From the NCBI GenBank assembly GCA_902587615.1, contig CACILY010000002.1, positions 1,759-65,758 of the forward strand: a DNA stretch of 64,000 bases. The letters are read 5' to 3'. Under the pieces are notes generated by a model. The model was given only the letters and a program-made list of their open reading frames with translations, ran no database searches and had not been told where the DNA came from. The position numbers and the translations under genes were made by a program. This document shows, piece after piece, positions 46,976 through 57,774 of this stretch; the stretch's first letter is position 1, and every line of letters starts with the position of its first letter. This DNA comes from an uncultured Prochlorococcus sp. (lineage in GTDB: Bacteria > Cyanobacteriota > Cyanobacteriia > PCC-6307 > Cyanobiaceae).

Positions 46976-48070
46976 CTAGTCCGCTATTTTTAATTCAAAG
47001 TTTATTTGATTACTATCTTCACTCATTTCAAATATTTTACAAAAAGCTTTAATTACTCTATCTCCTGAGTCTACTTGTTCTAAAGGATCTTTTCTTAATC
47101 GATGTCTGAGGGAACAAGATACAACCCTAGCGATGTCTTCTTCTGATACCTCTGTGCGACCTTCAAACGCGGCCAAGGCCCTTGCAGATCTATTCGTGAC
47201 AATATCTCCACGAAGACCGTCTACATCAAGCTCTCCACATACAGCAGAAATTTTAAGTCTAAGTTCGTCATCTATGTTCACTCCCTCAAGTCGATCCTGT
47301 GCGTTTACAACTTTTTTTTGAAGTTCATCTTGGATGGATTGTTTTGATGTGGAAAAAGCTTCTGGATCATTATCAAATGCTGTCCTTTGATCTACTACTT
47401 GAACTCTAAGTTCTGCCTCTCTAACTGTGCGGACTTCTACACTCATTCCGAAACGATCTAAAAGTTGAGGCCTAAGCTCTCCTTCTTCAGGGTTTCCCGA
47501 GCCAATAAGAACAAATCTTGCTGGGTGCCGAACTGAAATACCTTCTCTTTCTACAGTATTCCAACCAGAAGCTGCTGAATCAAGAAGAACATCTACTAAG
47601 TGGTCATCAAGAAGATTAACTTCATCTACATAAAGCAAACCTCTATTGGCTTTAGCCAGAAGTCCAGGCTCAAAGGCTCTTACGCCTTCACTTAGAGCTT
47701 TCTCAATATCAATAGTTCCGCATAGACGGTCTTCTGTTGCTCCAAGTGGAAGATCTACCATCGGAACTTGTTTCTCGCTTGTAGTAAGAGCTTCATTGCT
47801 CTCAAGACGCTGCCGTACCTCTGTGCTTTGAAGATCAGGGTCGGAGGGGGAGCTGTTATAGGGATCTCCCTCTACTACTTCTATCCCTGGAAGGAGATCA
47901 GCAAGCGCTCTAATTGTCGTGGATTTCCCTGTTCCTCTATCACCCATAATCATTACTCCTCCAATTCGAGGATCAATAACATTGAGCAAAAGAGCTAGTT
48001 TCATTTCTTCTTGACCAATCACTGCTGTGAAAGGGAAGACTCTGCGCTTCCTAGGTGAACTCACTGGCAA
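46976..48070 (-). CDS. chlI: magnesium chelatase subunit I
   Basis: FPFTAVIGQEEMK, GDRGTGKST, LYVDEVNLLDDH, LRPQLLDRFG. Confidence 0.97.
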   Translation of the reverse strand: MPVSSPRKRRVFPFTAVIGQEEMKLALLLNVIDPRIGGVMIMGDRGTGKSTTIRALADLLPGIEVVEGDPYNSSPSDPDLQSTEVRQRLESNEALTTSEKQVPMVDLPLGATEDRLCGTIDIEKALSEGVRAFEPGLLAKANRGLLYVDEVNLLDDHLVDVLLDSAASGWNTVEREGISVRHPARFVLIGSGNPEEGELRPQLLDRFGMSVEVRTVREAELRVQVVDQRTAFDNDPEAFSTSKQSIQDELQKKVVNAQDRLEGVNIDDELRLKISAVCGELDVDGLRGDIVTNRSARALAAFEGRTEVSEEDIARVVSCSLRHRLRKDPLEQVDSGDRVIKAFCKIFEMSEDSNQINFELKIAD

Positions 48071-48156
48071 ATGTTTTCTGTTGTTCTGGATTGTTTCATA
48101 GGTAGGCCTATTAGCGGTTGGTTATCTTAAAAAAAGGTTGATAAATGTAGATAACT

Positions 48157-49209
48157 CTAAAAACCCTTCTCAAGATTAGATTCGAGTTCAGAAGAGGGTT
48201 TTATCTCTTTTATTGCCTCTGAGGCTAGTTGTCTGATGAGTTCAGGTAACCTGCGGTCATTGAAAGGACCTTGGACAATAAATGCAGCAACAGCTCTTGA
48301 ATTGTCAGGCATTTGGATAAGACCTGCGTCTGCATAGGTAATTCCAATATCACCAGTTTTGTTATATACCTTATAGCCTTTTATTAATAGTCCATAGTCT
48401 ATATTTTGAGCGCTTCCTCCAATACCTTTTAAAATTGCTTTTGGAAGTAAGTTGTTGCTTTTTGATTCGCTCATAATTTCTCTGAAGAGATCTCTTGATC
48501 TTGGGCTTAAAAGCATTCCAGAATCAATTAATCCAATTGATATTGCTAGATCTTTTGTAGTAGTTTTATTTGTTCCTTCTAGATCAGGTAATAAATTATT
48601 TAATTTAGTATTTACTAAACCTAAGTCAATTAATTTTTCATTTAAAGCTTCTATACCACCAAGCCTTTTAATTAACATATTAGTAGCTGTATTATCACTA
48701 ATTCGTATCATTTCCGTTGCTAATTCATATATTGGGAAAAGAGTACCTACCTTTTCATAACCTATCCATCCTGCACCACTAGCAATTAACTCCTTTTCAA
48801 GTATTAATTTCTCATTCCATTCAAGACTTCCTTTGTCAAGCATCTTTAGAGTTGCAAGTAAAATAGGAATTTTTATAGTGCTAGCAGCAGGTGAGATTTC
48901 ATCAGAAGAAATTTCTGCGTATTTATTCTTGTCAATTAAAAAAATAAATGCACTGGTTTTTAAATCTTTATTTTTTTGGGCAATAGTTTCCCATTTTTTA
49001 TTCAAAGATTCGATGATTAAGCTATTAGCTTCACCAATATTTTTTAACCTTATAGAAGCCAAATCTTGTTTTTTATTAGAATGTGATATTGCATTCTGAG
49101 ATTCTGTTAATTTTAATAATGATCCTATTATTGATCCCAAGGCAATCCCTATCAAAGATACATTTAAAATCAGGATTAATATTTTGTTGGATTTTCTTCT
49201 CATTTCCAT
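48157..49209 (-). CDS. class A beta-lactamase-like serine hydrolase
   Basis: SxxK (ASTIK), SDN, KTG motifs; N-terminal TM. Confidence 0.9.
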   Translation of the reverse strand: MEMRRKSNKILILILNVSLIGIALGSIIGSLLKLTESQNAISHSNKKQDLASIRLKNIGEANSLIIESLNKKWETIAQKNKDLKTSAFIFLIDKNKYAEISSDEISPAASTIKIPILLATLKMLDKGSLEWNEKLILEKELIASGAGWIGYEKVGTLFPIYELATEMIRISDNTATNMLIKRLGGIEALNEKLIDLGLVNTKLNNLLPDLEGTNKTTTKDLAISIGLIDSGMLLSPRSRDLFREIMSESKSNNLLPKAILKGIGGSAQNIDYGLLIKGYKVYNKTGDIGITYADAGLIQMPDNSRAVAAFIVQGPFNDRRLPELIRQLASEAIKEIKPSSELESNLEKGF

Positions 49210-49236
49210 TGATTTAATATTTAAAGTTTCAATTGA

Positions 49237-49992
49237 TTAGTTATCATCATTTTTATTTTTATTTATTGCCCATCTTGTCTGACGAATGATTCCACGAAGA
49301 AGAGATACTTCTTCTTCTTTCAATTCTGCTCTTTGGAATAGGATTCTTAATTTTTGCATACGTGCTTTTGCAGTGTGATTAAGTAAAAAGCCAATATCAA
49401 GAAGTATGTTTTCTGCATCTTGAAGGAAATCATTTAATTGTTTAGGTGGTGCTGGATTTCTTAGTAAGAAATTAAACGAGCTATTATTCGTTCCAATTAA
49501 TAGATATTTATTTAATTCATGAAGTACTATTGCCACTGCATGTGAAAGGTTAAGAGAGGGATATCCTTTATATGTGTTTAGAGTAATAACTTTATTTGCT
49601 AAAAGAAGCTCTTCATTTGTTAGTCCGCGATCTTCTCTTCCAAAAACTATTGCAATAGGATGAACTACTGGCCTATGACTTAGCCAGTTTAAAGCTTCTT
49701 GAGGGCTATATAAAGGGATAGTGCCATGATCTTTCCTTCCACAAGTTGCAATTACTGTAGGACAATCTGAAATTGCTTCTAATAGAGTTGAATAATGCTT
49801 AGCGGTTTCGAGTAATTTTTTTCCTTTTAAGGCCATTTTTCTTGAATCTGAATGTTCAATTGAGCAGAGAGGAGAAACAAGTCTTAATTCATCTACCCCA
49901 AAGTTCTCACATAATCTGGCAACACTTCCTAAATTGATTGGTCCCATAGGTTCAACCAGAATTATTTTTGTGCTTCTTTTCTTCATTATCAA
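49237..49992 (-). CDS. TrmJ/LasT family RNA methyltransferase (SPOUT)
   Basis: ILVEP..PINLGSVAR, VFGREDRGLTNEEL, YPSLNLSHAV. Confidence 0.92.
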   Translation of the reverse strand: MIMKKRSTKIILVEPMGPINLGSVARLCENFGVDELRLVSPLCSIEHSDSRKMALKGKKLLETAKHYSTLLEAISDCPTVIATCGRKDHGTIPLYSPQEALNWLSHRPVVHPIAIVFGREDRGLTNEELLLANKVITLNTYKGYPSLNLSHAVAIVLHELNKYLLIGTNNSSFNFLLRNPAPPKQLNDFLQDAENILLDIGFLLNHTAKARMQKLRILFQRAELKEEEVSLLRGIIRQTRWAINKNKNDDN

Positions 49993-49999
49993 CCAATTA

Positions 50000-50389
50000 C
50001 TAGGTTAAAGAATGCAGATATGCAATTAAATCTGCCATTGATTCAGATTCAATTTCGAAACTTGGCATGGGAGGAGTTAGTCCTTTTGCTACTTGGTTAA
50101 TGATTGTTGCGTCATTCAGTCTGGTCGTTACATCGTGAAGATCTGGTCCAACTAGGCCTTGTGCGGAAATCCCATGACAACCTACACAGTTCATCCTGAA
50201 CAGATTATTTCCTTTATCAATGGAACCTTTAATACTTAAAGTTGCTTTTATATAAGGGTCAGATTGATATGGACTTAAAAACCATAGAAAAAAGCAAACT
50301 AATAAAACTGTTGTTCCAACAACAAATTTTCTCAAAGGGAATCCCTCCTTTGTTGAATTAACTACAGCGGTTGATGACAGCCTCCTCAC
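50000..50389 (-). CDS. cytM: cytochrome cM
   Basis: CxxCH (CVGCH), GLVGPDL, TPPMPSF; divergent from petG. Confidence 0.88.
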   Translation of the reverse strand: MRRLSSTAVVNSTKEGFPLRKFVVGTTVLLVCFFLWFLSPYQSDPYIKATLSIKGSIDKGNNLFRMNCVGCHGISAQGLVGPDLHDVTTRLNDATIINQVAKGLTPPMPSFEIESESMADLIAYLHSLT

Positions 50390-50444
50390 GAAAACCTCTA
50401 TGACATGAAAGAATTGTGCTTAATACTCTTAGGTATTGAGTCAA

Positions 50445-50564
50445 ATGATTGAACCACTTCTTTGTGGAATTGTTCTGGGATTAGTGCCAATTACCATTCT
50501 AGGCTTATTTGTTGCCGCCTGGAATCAATATCGGCGTGGGAGTTCGATGCCAGATTGGGAGTAA
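50445..50564 (+). CDS. petG: cytochrome b6f subunit V, absent from ORF track
   Basis: Hand translation [39 protein letters not shown]. Confidence 0.96.
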   Translation: MIEPLLCGIVLGLVPITILGLFVAAWNQYRRGSSMPDWE

Positions 50565-51147
50565 GAAAAAATAAGCAAATACTTCCATACTTTCTTTGAT
50601 CTTTTATCTCCCATTGAGGAGGTATTTCAGGGATTAGTTTCTTTGAGCATTCGCATATGACTAATGCATCCCGTTTGATCCATTGCCCTAACAACAAATT
50701 TTGTAGAATCGTTTTGTAGAGATTAGCCTCATAAGGAGGGTCTATATATACAAAGTCAAAGCGTGGATCTATATGAGTGAACTTTTTAATGAATTTAGTT
50801 GAATATTTTTCGCAGCCCTCTTTTAAAACTTTTCTGGCTTCATTGCATATAACTTCAAGGTGAGAGGATTCAAGTGACTCAGCAGCTGTGCTAATTAAAT
50901 TTTTTCTGCAAATAGCAGCAATTCTTTTGTTGGACTCTATACAAACAATCCGACTTGCTCCTCTTTGGATGGCCTCACATCCCATTACACCACTGCCACT
51001 ACAGATATCCAACCAATGACTGTTTCTCAGTTCTGTTTGGAGAATGTTTATTACAGCCTCTCTAACTTTTGAAGTAGTAGGTCGTGTACAAAGTCCTTTA
51101 GGACTTTGTAATGATTTGCCTCTTATAAGCTTTAACTTACCTTTCAA
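50491..51147 (-). CDS. rsmD: 16S rRNA m2G966 methyltransferase
   Basis: [28 protein letters not shown]. Confidence 0.92.
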   Translation of the reverse strand: MKGKLKLIRGKSLQSPKGLCTRPTTSKVREAVINILQTELRNSHWLDICSGSGVMGCEAIQRGASRIVCIESNKRIAAICRKNLISTAAESLESSHLEVICNEARKVLKEGCEKYSTKFIKKFTHIDPRFDFVYIDPPYEANLYKTILQNLLLGQWIKRDALVICECSKKLIPEIPPQWEIKDQRKYGSICLFFLTPNLASNSHADIDSRRQQISLEW

Positions 51148-51785
51148 AGTGAAATTGATGATTCTTTTTCAAGCCAATTAATCCAATTTAATAACATTTT
51201 TTGCCCAATTTTTCCGGATTTCTCTGGATGAAATTGGCAGGCTCCAAAGTTATCTTTCCATACAATTGCAGATATGGATGATTCTCCAAATTTTACTGAG
51301 GCAGCAAGATCATTCTTGTTTGTAGGGATTGCTGAATAAGAATGAACAAAATATACCCAGTTTGAGCTTTCATTCTTGTTTAGAAGAGGACAGTCATTTG
51401 TTTTCTCTAAGAGTGACCATCCCATATGAGGAATTCTTTCATTTTGATTGCTTGGAAGTCGTTTAATAGATCCCTTCAAAAGACTTAGTCCTTTTGAATT
51501 ACCTTCTTCGCTATATTCAAATAAAAGCTGAAGGCCAAGGCATATTCCTAATAAAGGTTTACCATCGGAAACCCATCTTTTTATATCAGGAACTAATTCA
51601 GTTCTCTTTAGATTATCTATTGCAGGATCAAAAGAACCTACTCCAGGAAGAATTAATGCATTACAACTGATCAAATCCTTAGGATTCTTAATTATTTGAA
51701 CTTTTTGATTAAGTCTCTTAAATGCTTCGTATACAGAATGAAGATTACCCATCCCATAATCAATTAATCCAAGACTAATGGTCAC
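51144..51785 (-). CDS. hisH: imidazole glycerol phosphate synthase glutaminase subunit
   Basis: IDYGMGNL, LPGVG, GICLGLQ, PHMGW, YFVHSY, QFHPEKS. Confidence 0.96.
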   Translation of the reverse strand: MTISLGLIDYGMGNLHSVYEAFKRLNQKVQIIKNPKDLISCNALILPGVGSFDPAIDNLKRTELVPDIKRWVSDGKPLLGICLGLQLLFEYSEEGNSKGLSLLKGSIKRLPSNQNERIPHMGWSLLEKTNDCPLLNKNESSNWVYFVHSYSAIPTNKNDLAASVKFGESSISAIVWKDNFGACQFHPEKSGKIGQKMLLNWINWLEKESSISL

Positions 51786-51842
51786 TTATTTCTTTATATA
51801 GGATGCAAAATTGAGTAAATCAGACCTATTTTCTTTTAGAAA

Positions 51843-52166
51843 TTAAAGATGCTTAGAGATAGTGCCTGATAGCGTTGCTTTTGGAACAGCTCCAACAACT
51901 GTATCTACTTTTTGACCACCCTTGAAAATCATCAACGTTGGTATGCTTCTAATCCCATACTGACTGGCAACATTTGGATTCTCATCAGTATTCAGTTTAA
52001 ATACTTTAATTTTCCCTTCGAAGTCCTTTGAAATCTCTTCGACTATTGGAGAAACCATTCTGCATGGTCCGCACCAGGGGGCCCAAAAATCAACTAATAC
52101 AGGAAGATCACTTTTCAACACTTCCTGTTCAAAGGATGAATCTGTTACAGCAGAAGCACTTGACAT
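51843..52166 (-). CDS. trxA: thioredoxin
   Basis: [19 protein letters not shown]. Confidence 0.97.
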   Translation of the reverse strand: MSSASAVTDSSFEQEVLKSDLPVLVDFWAPWCGPCRMVSPIVEEISKDFEGKIKVFKLNTDENPNVASQYGIRSIPTLMIFKGGQKVDTVVGAVPKATLSGTISKHL

Positions 52167-52271
52167 ATCTATTGAGTTTTATAGAGAGGAATTAACTAAG
52201 TGTATTTTGCCTGATAAATCAAAAGGTGCCATTTCTTATGTGAACTGTGACTATTGAATGAAGGAGAAGAC

Positions 52272-52332
52272 AAAAAGCCCGAATTATTCGGGCAAGGTTG
52301 TGTGTGAGGAGAATGTGGTTTTATCCACATTC
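52272..52332 (-). ncRNA. yfr1: Yfr1 small RNA
   Basis: Minus strand: 5' hairpin GAATGTGG-ATAAAA-CCACATTC, unpaired CTCCTCACACAC motif, terminator GCCCGAAT-AATTCGGGC-TTTTT; canonical guaB-trxA location. Confidence 0.9.
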
Positions 52333-52387
52333 AATAATCTTAACGCTTAAGACCTTTATTGGGTTGTTTGGAAATAAGAAAAGATAA

Positions 52388-53551
52388 TTATTTGCCCATG
52401 CCTAGCTGTTGAGCTTTTTGATAAACCTTTCCTTCAGTTAAAAGTGAAGGAGCAACAACCACCTCAACTTTTTGCATCTCTTTGATTGTCCTGGCTCCTA
52501 AAGTTCCCATAGATGTTTTGATTGCACCCAATAAATTATGGGTTCCATCATCTAAAAGGGCTGGACCTCGAAGAATTCTTTCAAGGCTGCCAGTTGAACC
52601 AACTTTGATACGCGTACCTCTCGGGAGAACAGGACTCGGAGTAGCCATGCCCCAATGAAATCCTTTCCCAGGGGCTTCATCTGCACGTGCAATAGGAGAA
52701 CCAATCATGACCGCATCAGCACCACAAGCAATACATTTACAGATATCTCCTCCAGTGACTATTCCTCCATCAGCCAAAACAGGAATGTATTTGCCGCTTT
52801 CTTTTTGATATTCATCACGAGCAGAGGAACAATCAGCTACAGCTGAAGCTTGAGGAATTCCTACTCCAAGAACCCCTCTAGAAGTGCAGGCTGCACCTGG
52901 GCCAATACCTACAAGAATTGCCGAAGCCCCAGCCCGCATTAGTTCCATTGCTACTTCATAAGTAACGCAGTTCCCCACAGCGATGGGAATACCCATTCCT
53001 TTGCACAGTGATTGGATGTCAAGACTTTCTGTACCTTTAGGACCAATATGTTCAGTAGAAACAACGGTTGCTTGAACAAAGAAAATATCAGCTCCTGATT
53101 TTTCAATTATTTCCCTGTACTTCATTGCCGCTATAGGAGTTCCACTTACCGCTGCGATTCCTCCTTGCATTTTTATTTCTTCTATTCGCTTCGTAATTAA
53201 TTCTTTTTTTATAGGTTGTTTATATATCTCTTGCATTAAAGGGACGAACTCATCTTTGTTGACTGATGAAATTTGCGTTAACAAAGGATTGGGATCTTCA
53301 TATCTAGTTTGAACGCCTTCAAGATTAAGTACTCCTAATGCTCCAAGTTTTGATAAGGAGACTGCCATGTTTACATCTACGACGCCATCCATCGCGCTAG
53401 CAATTATTGGGATCTCTCTTTTGATTCCTCCAATCTCCCAGCTTGTATCTGTAATTTGGGGGTCCACTGTTCGAGTTCCAGGGACAAGAGCAATTTCATC
53501 GATGCCATAGGCTCGACGAACAATTTTTGAATGACCGAGTTCAATATTCAC
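52388..53551 (-). CDS. guaB: IMP dehydrogenase (cyanobacterial GuaB3-type)
   Basis: ASAMDGV, GIGPGAACTSR, ADGG, WGMATP; no CBS domains. Confidence 0.93.
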   Translation of the reverse strand: MNIELGHSKIVRRAYGIDEIALVPGTRTVDPQITDTSWEIGGIKREIPIIASAMDGVVDVNMAVSLSKLGALGVLNLEGVQTRYEDPNPLLTQISSVNKDEFVPLMQEIYKQPIKKELITKRIEEIKMQGGIAAVSGTPIAAMKYREIIEKSGADIFFVQATVVSTEHIGPKGTESLDIQSLCKGMGIPIAVGNCVTYEVAMELMRAGASAILVGIGPGAACTSRGVLGVGIPQASAVADCSSARDEYQKESGKYIPVLADGGIVTGGDICKCIACGADAVMIGSPIARADEAPGKGFHWGMATPSPVLPRGTRIKVGSTGSLERILRGPALLDDGTHNLLGAIKTSMGTLGARTIKEMQKVEVVVAPSLLTEGKVYQKAQQLGMGK

Positions 53552-53913
53552 ATTTGGCTTATATGAAGTCCCGTCAAACTACCAACTTGTGAGCAAAAAG
53601 CATTGTTTGTTCTGAATAGATGATGAAATTTATTATTTATTTAGGAACTGCTTTTGGCTAAAGGGGGGCATGTGATTGTTTTAAAAGGAATAATTTCCCC
53701 TCACAAGAATTAGATCTTGCTGCCAAAACGAAGGTCTCCATTAGATTTTTTGTGGATCATATATCACATGAAAAGGTTATTTCTAATTGATTATTGTTGT
53801 CCTGCATTACTAGAGATTTGTATCAAGTGCTCATACTGCAATTTTTTGGTTTTTTTTAGTGACTTCTGACTCGAATGCCGAGATAATCTTAAAGATTGGT
53901 AAAACCCTTTTTC

Positions 53914-56541
53914 ATGGCTGATCCATTGGGACCAAGTAATAGTGGTCCTGGGAATTCCGGCGATCGGATCATCCAGACAGATTTGCGCAATGAAATGTCG
54001 CGTTCCTATTTGGAATATGCGATGAGCGTGATTGTTGGTAGAGCCTTACCTGATGCAAGGGATGGGCTTAAACCTGTTCATAGGAGAATTCTTTATGCAA
54101 TGTATGAATTGGGATTAACTAGTGATAGGCCTTATAGGAAGTGTGCTCGTGTCGTTGGAGAAGTTTTAGGCAAATATCACCCACATGGAGATACAGCTGT
54201 TTATGACGCATTGGTTCGAATGGCGCAGGATTTTTCCATGCAAATGCCTCTAATTGATGGTCATGGGAATTTTGGTTCAGTAGATAATGATCCCCCTGCT
54301 GCAATGAGATATACCGAATCACGATTGCAATCTCTTACTACTGACAGCTTGCTAGAAGATATTGAATCTGAAACTGTTGACTTTATAGATAATTTTGATG
54401 GTTCACAGCAAGAACCAACAGTATTACCCGCAAGAATTCCGCAGCTATTGCTTAATGGTTCTTCTGGTATAGCCGTAGGTATGGCTACTAATATTCCGCC
54501 TCATAATCTTTGTGAATTAATTGATGGATTAATGGCATTGATAGCAAATCCTGATTTGACTGATCAGGATTTAATGAAAATAATTACTGGTCCTGATTTC
54601 CCTACAGGTGGACAAATATTAGGAAAGAGTGGAATTAATGAAACCTATCTAACCGGTAAAGGTTCAATAACTATGAGAGGAGTTGCTGAAATTGAGACAA
54701 TTGAAACTCCTGGAAGACCTGATAGAGATGCTGTGATTATTACTGAGCTTCCATATCAAACAAATAAGGCTGCTCTTATTGAACGTATTGCAGATATGGT
54801 AAATGATAAAAGATTAGAAGGAATAAGTGATATTAGAGATGAAAGTGATAGAGATGGAATGAGAGTTGTGGTTGAGTTAAGGAGAGATGCATATCCTCAA
54901 GTTGTTTTAAATAACTTATTTAAACTTACTCCATTACAAAGTAATTTCAGTGCAAATATGCTTGCACTTGTTAATGGTGAGCCTGTAATACTTTCTTTGA
55001 GGAAAATGTTAGATGTATTTTTGAAATTTAGAGTAGATACAATTAAAAAGAGGACTAATTACTTACTAAAGAAGGCTGAAGAAAGAGATCATATCCTTTT
55101 AGGGCTTCTATTGGCTCTTGATAATTTAGATCCCATTATTGATTTAATAAGAGCGGCTTCAGATTCAGCAAGTGCTAAGAAAAAGCTCCAAGAAATCCAT
55201 GGTCTTACTGATAAACAGTCAGATGCAATTCTTCAAATGCAGTTAAGAAGATTAACTGCATTAGAGTCTGACAAGATCAGATTAGAACATGAAGAACTTA
55301 TAGAAAAGATAAAGGATTTTAAAGATATTCTGGATAAACAAGAAAGAGTTTTTGGTTTAATTCAAGATGAGCTATTGAAATTACGTGACAAATTTAATTC
55401 TCCTCGACGTACCGAAATTCTTAATCTAGGAGCAGGTCTTGAAGATATTGATTTAATTGCCAATGAAAGATCGGTTGTTTTGTTAACAGAGACAGGTTAT
55501 TTGAAAAGAATGCCTGTAAATGAATTTGAAGCTACAAGTCGAGGAACGAGAGGGAAAGCAGGTACTCGTAGCCAAGGGGAAGAAGAAGTAAAGATTTTTA
55601 TTAGTTGTAATGATCATGACACTCTTCTTCTCTTTTCAGATAGAGGAGTTGCTTATGCTTTACCTGCTTATAGAGTCCCACAATGTAGTAGAGCTGCTAA
55701 AGGAACTCCAATTGTTCAGTTATTGCCTATCCCAAGAGAAGAAGCCATAACTTCATTGTTATCTGTTAGTTCTTTTGACGAGGATACTCATCTTTTAATG
55801 CTAACTAAAGGAGGATTTATTAAGCGAACTCCTTTGTCGGCTTTTAGTAAGATCCGGGCTAATGGTCTTATTGCAATTGGATTAGAAGAAGGAGATGCTT
55901 TGACTTGGGTAAGACTTGCTGCTTCAGGTGACAGCGTTTTAATAGGATCTAAGGCAGGAATGACAATTCATTTCCGATTAAATGATGAGGAATTAAGGCC
56001 ATTAGGAAGAACAGCCAGAGGAGTTAGATCAATGAATTTGAGGTCAGGTGATTCCTTAGTAAGTATGGATGTTTTGCCTACCGAACTTGCAGATCGTATT
56101 GATGAAAGTCCTGAAGATAATCTGGAAAACCAATCTGATTCAGGAGTAAATGAAGGTCCATGGGTTTTGGTTGCTTCCGCAAGCGGATTAGGTAAAAGGG
56201 TTCCCGTTACTCAATTTCGATTACAAAAAAGGGCAGGAATGGGTTTACGGGCAATAAAGTTCAGAATTAAAGATGATGAGTTAGTTGGATTAAAAGTTTT
56301 AGGTAAAGGGGAAGAACTTTTGTTGGTGAGTGAACGTGGAGTGATCGTAAGGACAGGAGCAGATAAAATTTCTCAGCAATCTAGGGCCGCTACTGGGGTT
56401 AGATTGCAACGCTTGGATTCAGGTGATCGCCTTTCAGAAGTTGTTTTAGTACCTCATCAACCAGAAGAATCTCAAGAAAACAATCAAGTAGAGATCCCGC
56501 CGAGTGAGAAAAATGATAAAGAACTTAGTTCTAATAGTTGA
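53914..56541 (+). CDS. gyrA: DNA gyrase subunit A
   Basis: [30 protein letters not shown], GyrA-box-like SRGTRG, beta-pinwheel repeats; start set at MADPL. Confidence 0.96.
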   Translation: MADPLGPSNSGPGNSGDRIIQTDLRNEMSRSYLEYAMSVIVGRALPDARDGLKPVHRRILYAMYELGLTSDRPYRKCARVVGEVLGKYHPHGDTAVYDALVRMAQDFSMQMPLIDGHGNFGSVDNDPPAAMRYTESRLQSLTTDSLLEDIESETVDFIDNFDGSQQEPTVLPARIPQLLLNGSSGIAVGMATNIPPHNLCELIDGLMALIANPDLTDQDLMKIITGPDFPTGGQILGKSGINETYLTGKGSITMRGVAEIETIETPGRPDRDAVIITELPYQTNKAALIERIADMVNDKRLEGISDIRDESDRDGMRVVVELRRDAYPQVVLNNLFKLTPLQSNFSANMLALVNGEPVILSLRKMLDVFLKFRVDTIKKRTNYLLKKAEERDHILLGLLLALDNLDPIIDLIRAASDSASAKKKLQEIHGLTDKQSDAILQMQLRRLTALESDKIRLEHEELIEKIKDFKDILDKQERVFGLIQDELLKLRDKFNSPRRTEILNLGAGLEDIDLIANERSVVLLTETGYLKRMPVNEFEATSRGTRGKAGTRSQGEEEVKIFISCNDHDTLLLFSDRGVAYALPAYRVPQCSRAAKGTPIVQLLPIPREEAITSLLSVSSFDEDTHLLMLTKGGFIKRTPLSAFSKIRANGLIAIGLEEGDALTWVRLAASGDSVLIGSKAGMTIHFRLNDEELRPLGRTARGVRSMNLRSGDSLVSMDVLPTELADRIDESPEDNLENQSDSGVNEGPWVLVASASGLGKRVPVTQFRLQKRAGMGLRAIKFRIKDDELVGLKVLGKGEELLLVSERGVIVRTGADKISQQSRAATGVRLQRLDSGDRLSEVVLVPHQPEESQENNQVEIPPSEKNDKELSSNS

Positions 56542-57758
56542 AATTGGAAAATTGTTTTGACGTTTTAGTAATGGGAGCTGGTCCAGCCGCTCTATGTATA
56601 GCAGCAGAATTTGTTCAGCAAGGATTAAATGTTAAAGCCTTAGCCTCTAATTCACCTGAAAAACCTTGGCCTAATACCTATGGGATATGGGCAAAAGAAT
56701 TAGAGAGTCTTGAGATGGAGGCTTTATTAGCATATCGCTGGAGAAATACTGCAAGTTATTTTGGAGATGGTCTCACACAAGAAGGTTGTGTATCTGTAAA
56801 GCATGATTTGGATTATGGCCTTTTTGATCAAGAGGCATTTCAACGATCTCTATTAGATAAATGCAATGGACTTGTTTGGCAAATAGAGACTGTAGAAAAT
56901 ATTGTTTTTAATGATTTAAATACAGAGGTACTTTGTATCTCTGGAAATAAATATTTAGCGAGAATAGTTGTTGATGCAAGTGGACACAAAACACCATTTG
57001 TTCTTAGACCAGATAATAGTCATATCGCACAGCAAGCTGCTTATGGAATAGTTGGGAAATTTAGTGCTCCTCCAGTTGAAAAGAATCAATTTGTTCTTAT
57101 GGATTTTCGTTCAAATCACCTTAACGCAGAGGAATTAAAAGGTCCTCCTACTTTTTTATATGCTATGGATTTTGGAGAAGACGTTTACTTTGTTGAGGAA
57201 ACTTCTCTAGCTTTTTATCCTCCAGTTTCGTGTGAAACTTTAAAAAAAAGATTGAAATCAAGGCTTGATAGAAGAGGTATTGAAATTAAAGAAATTATTC
57301 ATGAAGAAAATTGTTTGTTCCCTATGAACTTGCCTCTTCCTAAAAGGAATCAAGCTCTTCTTGCTTTTGGAGGTTCTGCTAGTATGGTTCACCCTGCCTC
57401 AGGATATATGGTTGGGGCACTATTAAGAAGAGCACCAAAGTTTGCTAATGAATTAGCTAATGCAATTGCAATACAACCTCCATTAAACTCTTTGAGTTTA
57501 GCTGAAATTGGGTGGGAAGCACTTTGGCCTAAGGAGTTAGTTTATCGTCATAACTTATATCAATTTGGCTTGGACAGATTGATGAGTTTTGATGAAGCAA
57601 GACTTCGTCTGTTTTTCTCCTCTTTCTTTAAATTACCTAAAGAAGATTGGTTTGGATTTTTAGCTAATACTCTTCCTCTCCCTCGTTTGCTAATTGTAAT
57701 GTTAAAGCTTTTTTTTATTGCTCCTATAAACGTAAAGTTGGGAATGATTGGTTTGTAA
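56538..57758 (+). CDS. crtL: lycopene cyclase (CrtL type, probably beta)
   Basis: [28 protein letters not shown]; beta vs epsilon inferred from gyrA adjacency. Confidence 0.92.
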   Translation: MKLENCFDVLVMGAGPAALCIAAEFVQQGLNVKALASNSPEKPWPNTYGIWAKELESLEMEALLAYRWRNTASYFGDGLTQEGCVSVKHDLDYGLFDQEAFQRSLLDKCNGLVWQIETVENIVFNDLNTEVLCISGNKYLARIVVDASGHKTPFVLRPDNSHIAQQAAYGIVGKFSAPPVEKNQFVLMDFRSNHLNAEELKGPPTFLYAMDFGEDVYFVEETSLAFYPPVSCETLKKRLKSRLDRRGIEIKEIIHEENCLFPMNLPLPKRNQALLAFGGSASMVHPASGYMVGALLRRAPKFANELANAIAIQPPLNSLSLAEIGWEALWPKELVYRHNLYQFGLDRLMSFDEARLRLFFSSFFKLPKEDWFGFLANTLPLPRLLIVMLKLFFIAPINVKLGMIGL

Positions 57759-57774
57759 CCATCAATCAATAAAT

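Noticed and set aside
48157-49209. Acquired beta-lactam resistance gene
   Set aside because: Membrane-anchored cyanobacterial class A-like serine hydrolase in a core region with no mobility signs
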